Shown here one piece after another: positions 47,133-49,456 of a stretch of 49,456 bases of DNA (position 1 is the stretch's first letter; each line of letters starts with the position of its first letter). The stretch lies in assembly GCF_001194135.2 (NCBI RefSeq), contig NC_068987.1, positions 54,395,176 through 54,444,631 on the forward strand, read 5' to 3'. The notes below the pieces were generated by a model. The model was not told where the DNA came from, searched no databases, and saw only the letters and a list, made by a program, of their open reading frames with translations. A program made the position numbers and the translations under genes. This DNA is from Octopus bimaculoides. Its lineage: Eukaryota.

Positions 47133-47721
47133 ACCTATATATATATATATTCTGCATTCAAATTCCACCAAGGTTCACATTGCCTTTCATCCATTCAAGG
47201 TCAATAAAACTAGTACAAGTTGAGCACGGAGGTCAATGTTATCAAAGTGGACCCTTCTCCAAAATTTCAGACCTTTTTCTAATTGTAGAAAGAATTAATG
47301 CTTGGGGATTCCTTACTGTCTGCCTTGCTTTCAGTTTGCATTTTCAATGCAATTCTCAAAACACATGAATGCAGTGAATTTATTTTTTAACAGGATGCCT
47401 GGTCAACAGTATTTTTTCCCAAATCTTTACATGAATGTTATCATTATATATATTATTACTGAGGTGCGTGAGTGTGCATGTGCATATGTGTATGTATTAT
47501 GATAAAGAGAACATAATCAAGAACAACAACAACAACAGCTACAACAGTAGCAATTGATATACATTATTACTATTTCTATTATTATGTGCTTTAGTGTGTA
47601 TACTATATTATACTATAATGCTTTGTCTTCAAGTGAAATTGATATGCACACATAAACACATAGGTATATGTGCGTATATGTATGTATTTATGTATGTATA
47701 TGTGCGTATATATAGAAATAC

Positions 47722-47759
<38 letters not shown>

Positions 47760-47859
47760 CATATATATATATATATCATATATGAATATCGATATATATA
47801 GATATATATATATGTATGTATGTATTTATGTATGTATATTTATCCATGCGTGTGTTTGT

Positions 47860-47905
<46 letters not shown>

Positions 47906-48420
47906 ATATACACATTTCCATTTTTGGGGGGGCGGTGTATTTCTTTTTTACATCAATTCTACTTATTTTTAATCTTTTATTGGCAAATTAGAACACTGTA
48001 ATTTCTGGAAAGAACATCCCACCCGACCCACTCAACTTCACTCTCTCTCTCTCTCCCCACCATTCCTATCTCTCCCACTTACTCTGTCACTTCTTCACTC
48101 TCTCTCTCTCCCTTCACATAAATAAATTATTTGTTTCAGTGATTGCTAAACTGTAACATTTCAAACTATTCAATGGTCTGATGAACAGACGCAACATTTA
48201 CAAGAAAATAAATAATTTCAATCTGAAAAGCAGGAATCATCTAAGAATAATGAACCATGCTGGTAAAGTATAATTGTTTCATGGCTGGCTTAAGATTGTT
48301 GACACTATATCATTAACAATGTCTATGTGCCGTACCAGTGAATGACTCTTTACCAATCACCTAGATTCAAGTCATGATGTGAATGGGTTTATTTGTTTTT
48401 CGTTGGCTTTTACTTTTTGC

Positions 48421-48468
<48 letters not shown>

Positions 48469-48681
48469 TGTGTGTGCGCACGTGTGTATGTGAATTTTCC
48501 AAGATGAGGAAGTATGAGGTGCAAGTGTGGGTGTGTGGTAAGAAGTTTGCTTCCTAACTACATAGTTCTGGGTTTCAGTCCCACTGCATGGCTCCTTGGG
48601 CAAGTTTCTTCTGCTACAGCAACCAGGCCCAGGCTTACCTAAATCTTGCAAGTGAATTTAATAGAGAGAAACTGAAAGAAG

Positions 48682-49038
48682 TGTAGGCTTGAAAGAAATG
48701 AAGCTAGTATGATCCGCAGGATGTGAAATGTCAGTGTGTGTGCACGACAGAGTATGAGCACCCTGAGAGAAAAGTTGGACATAAGAAGCATCAAATGTGG
48801 TGTGCAGGAGAAACAACTGCGCTGGTATGGTCATATGTTATGTATGGATGAGGACAGCTGTGCGAGGAAGTACCACACCCTAACTGTGGAAGGAACCTGT
48901 GGAAGAGGCAGACCCAGGTAGACATGGGATGAGGTGGTGAAGCATGACCTTCGATCATTGAGCCTCACAGAGGCAATGACAGGAAATTGAGACCTTTGGA
49001 GATATGCTATGATTGAGAAGACCCAGCAACTAAAGTGA
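48682..49038 (+). mobile_element. RTE-clade LINE ORF 3' remnant
   Basis: RLERNEASMIRRM*NVSV...STLREKLDIRSIKCGVQEKQLRWYGHMLCMDEDSCARKYHTLTVEGTCGRGRPR*TWDEVVKHDLRSLSLTEAMTGN*DLWRYA carries the LRWxGH, GRPR and W motifs of RTE. Confidence 0.92.
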
Positions 49039-49456
49039 GAACGCAGCCATTGCTGATGCCAGTGTTGCATATCTGGCCCATTTAAAAGTACCCTTGATGC
49101 ATAGGATGACATGATATGCTTGAGAAGACCTGTTGAGTCAAGTAAAACTAAAATGGTAGCTGTGACCAGTGCCCCCTGACTGGCTCCCTTGCTGATGGAA
49201 CGTATAAAGTACCATCCAAATATAGTCAATGTCACAGTGCCTCCAGTGGCACGTAAAAAGCACTATCTGAACATGATCGACGCCAGGGCTGCCTGACTGG
49301 CTCTTGTGCCAGCGGCACATAAAAAGCACCCACTACACTCTCAGAATGGTTAGTGTTACGGTGTTAGGAAGGGCATCCAGCTGTAGAAACATTGCCAGAT
49401 CAGATTGGATCCTGGTGCAACCGCTGGCTTTCCAGACCTCAGTCAACCTGTCCAAC
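49039..49456 (+). mobile_element. 3' UTR of the RTE LINE, source of the family D tail
   Basis: It is contiguous with the ORF. The repeated gtgcc-N-ggcac-rtaaaaagcac units and ttaggaagggcatccagctgtagaaac...ccaac are shared with the dispersed family D copies. Confidence 0.85.

Noticed and set aside
48176-48215. CTGATGA occurrences at about 3064 and 48178, and minus-strand ones at about 27285, 32848 and 45360
   Set aside because: None has a correctly spaced stem II plus GAAAC plus NUH, so they are not hammerheads.

Overview
This is an AT-rich, repeat-dense, gapped eukaryotic window with many N-runs. The SINE families look like Octopus (coleoid cephalopod) repeats; that is my recognition, not a database result. 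No long intact protein-coding ORF is present. Nearly all ORFs in the supplied track are translations of microsatellites or N-gaps. Supported content: (1) dozens of copies of four or five SINE-like families, three with tRNA-like or A/B-box heads, one sharing its 3' tail with an RTE LINE; (2) decayed DNA transposons: two DD34D mariners (one near full-length with TIRs), a DD37D maT element, Tc1- and mariner-derived MITEs, TTAA-flanked MITEs and a Helentron-type non-autonomous element; (3) 3' remnants of RTE LINEs and of R4/Dong-type restriction-like-endonuclease LINEs, mostly beside (TAA)n tracts; (4) a 5S rRNA pseudogene. The most interesting signal is a set of minimal type I hammerhead ribozyme motifs with palindromic stem III, the Penelope-like-element type. 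Three are complete, at 15504-15625 (+), 8017-8102 (-) and 22013-22060 (-). One half-motif is cut by a gap at 14171-14190 (-), and two more are degenerate. Each complete motif has a non-canonical core. A few weak minus-strand exon candidates, one with a PH-like motif, suggest the window could be intronic, but no host gene is established. Repeat boundaries are approximate (about 10 bp) unless a TSD or TIR is quoted.
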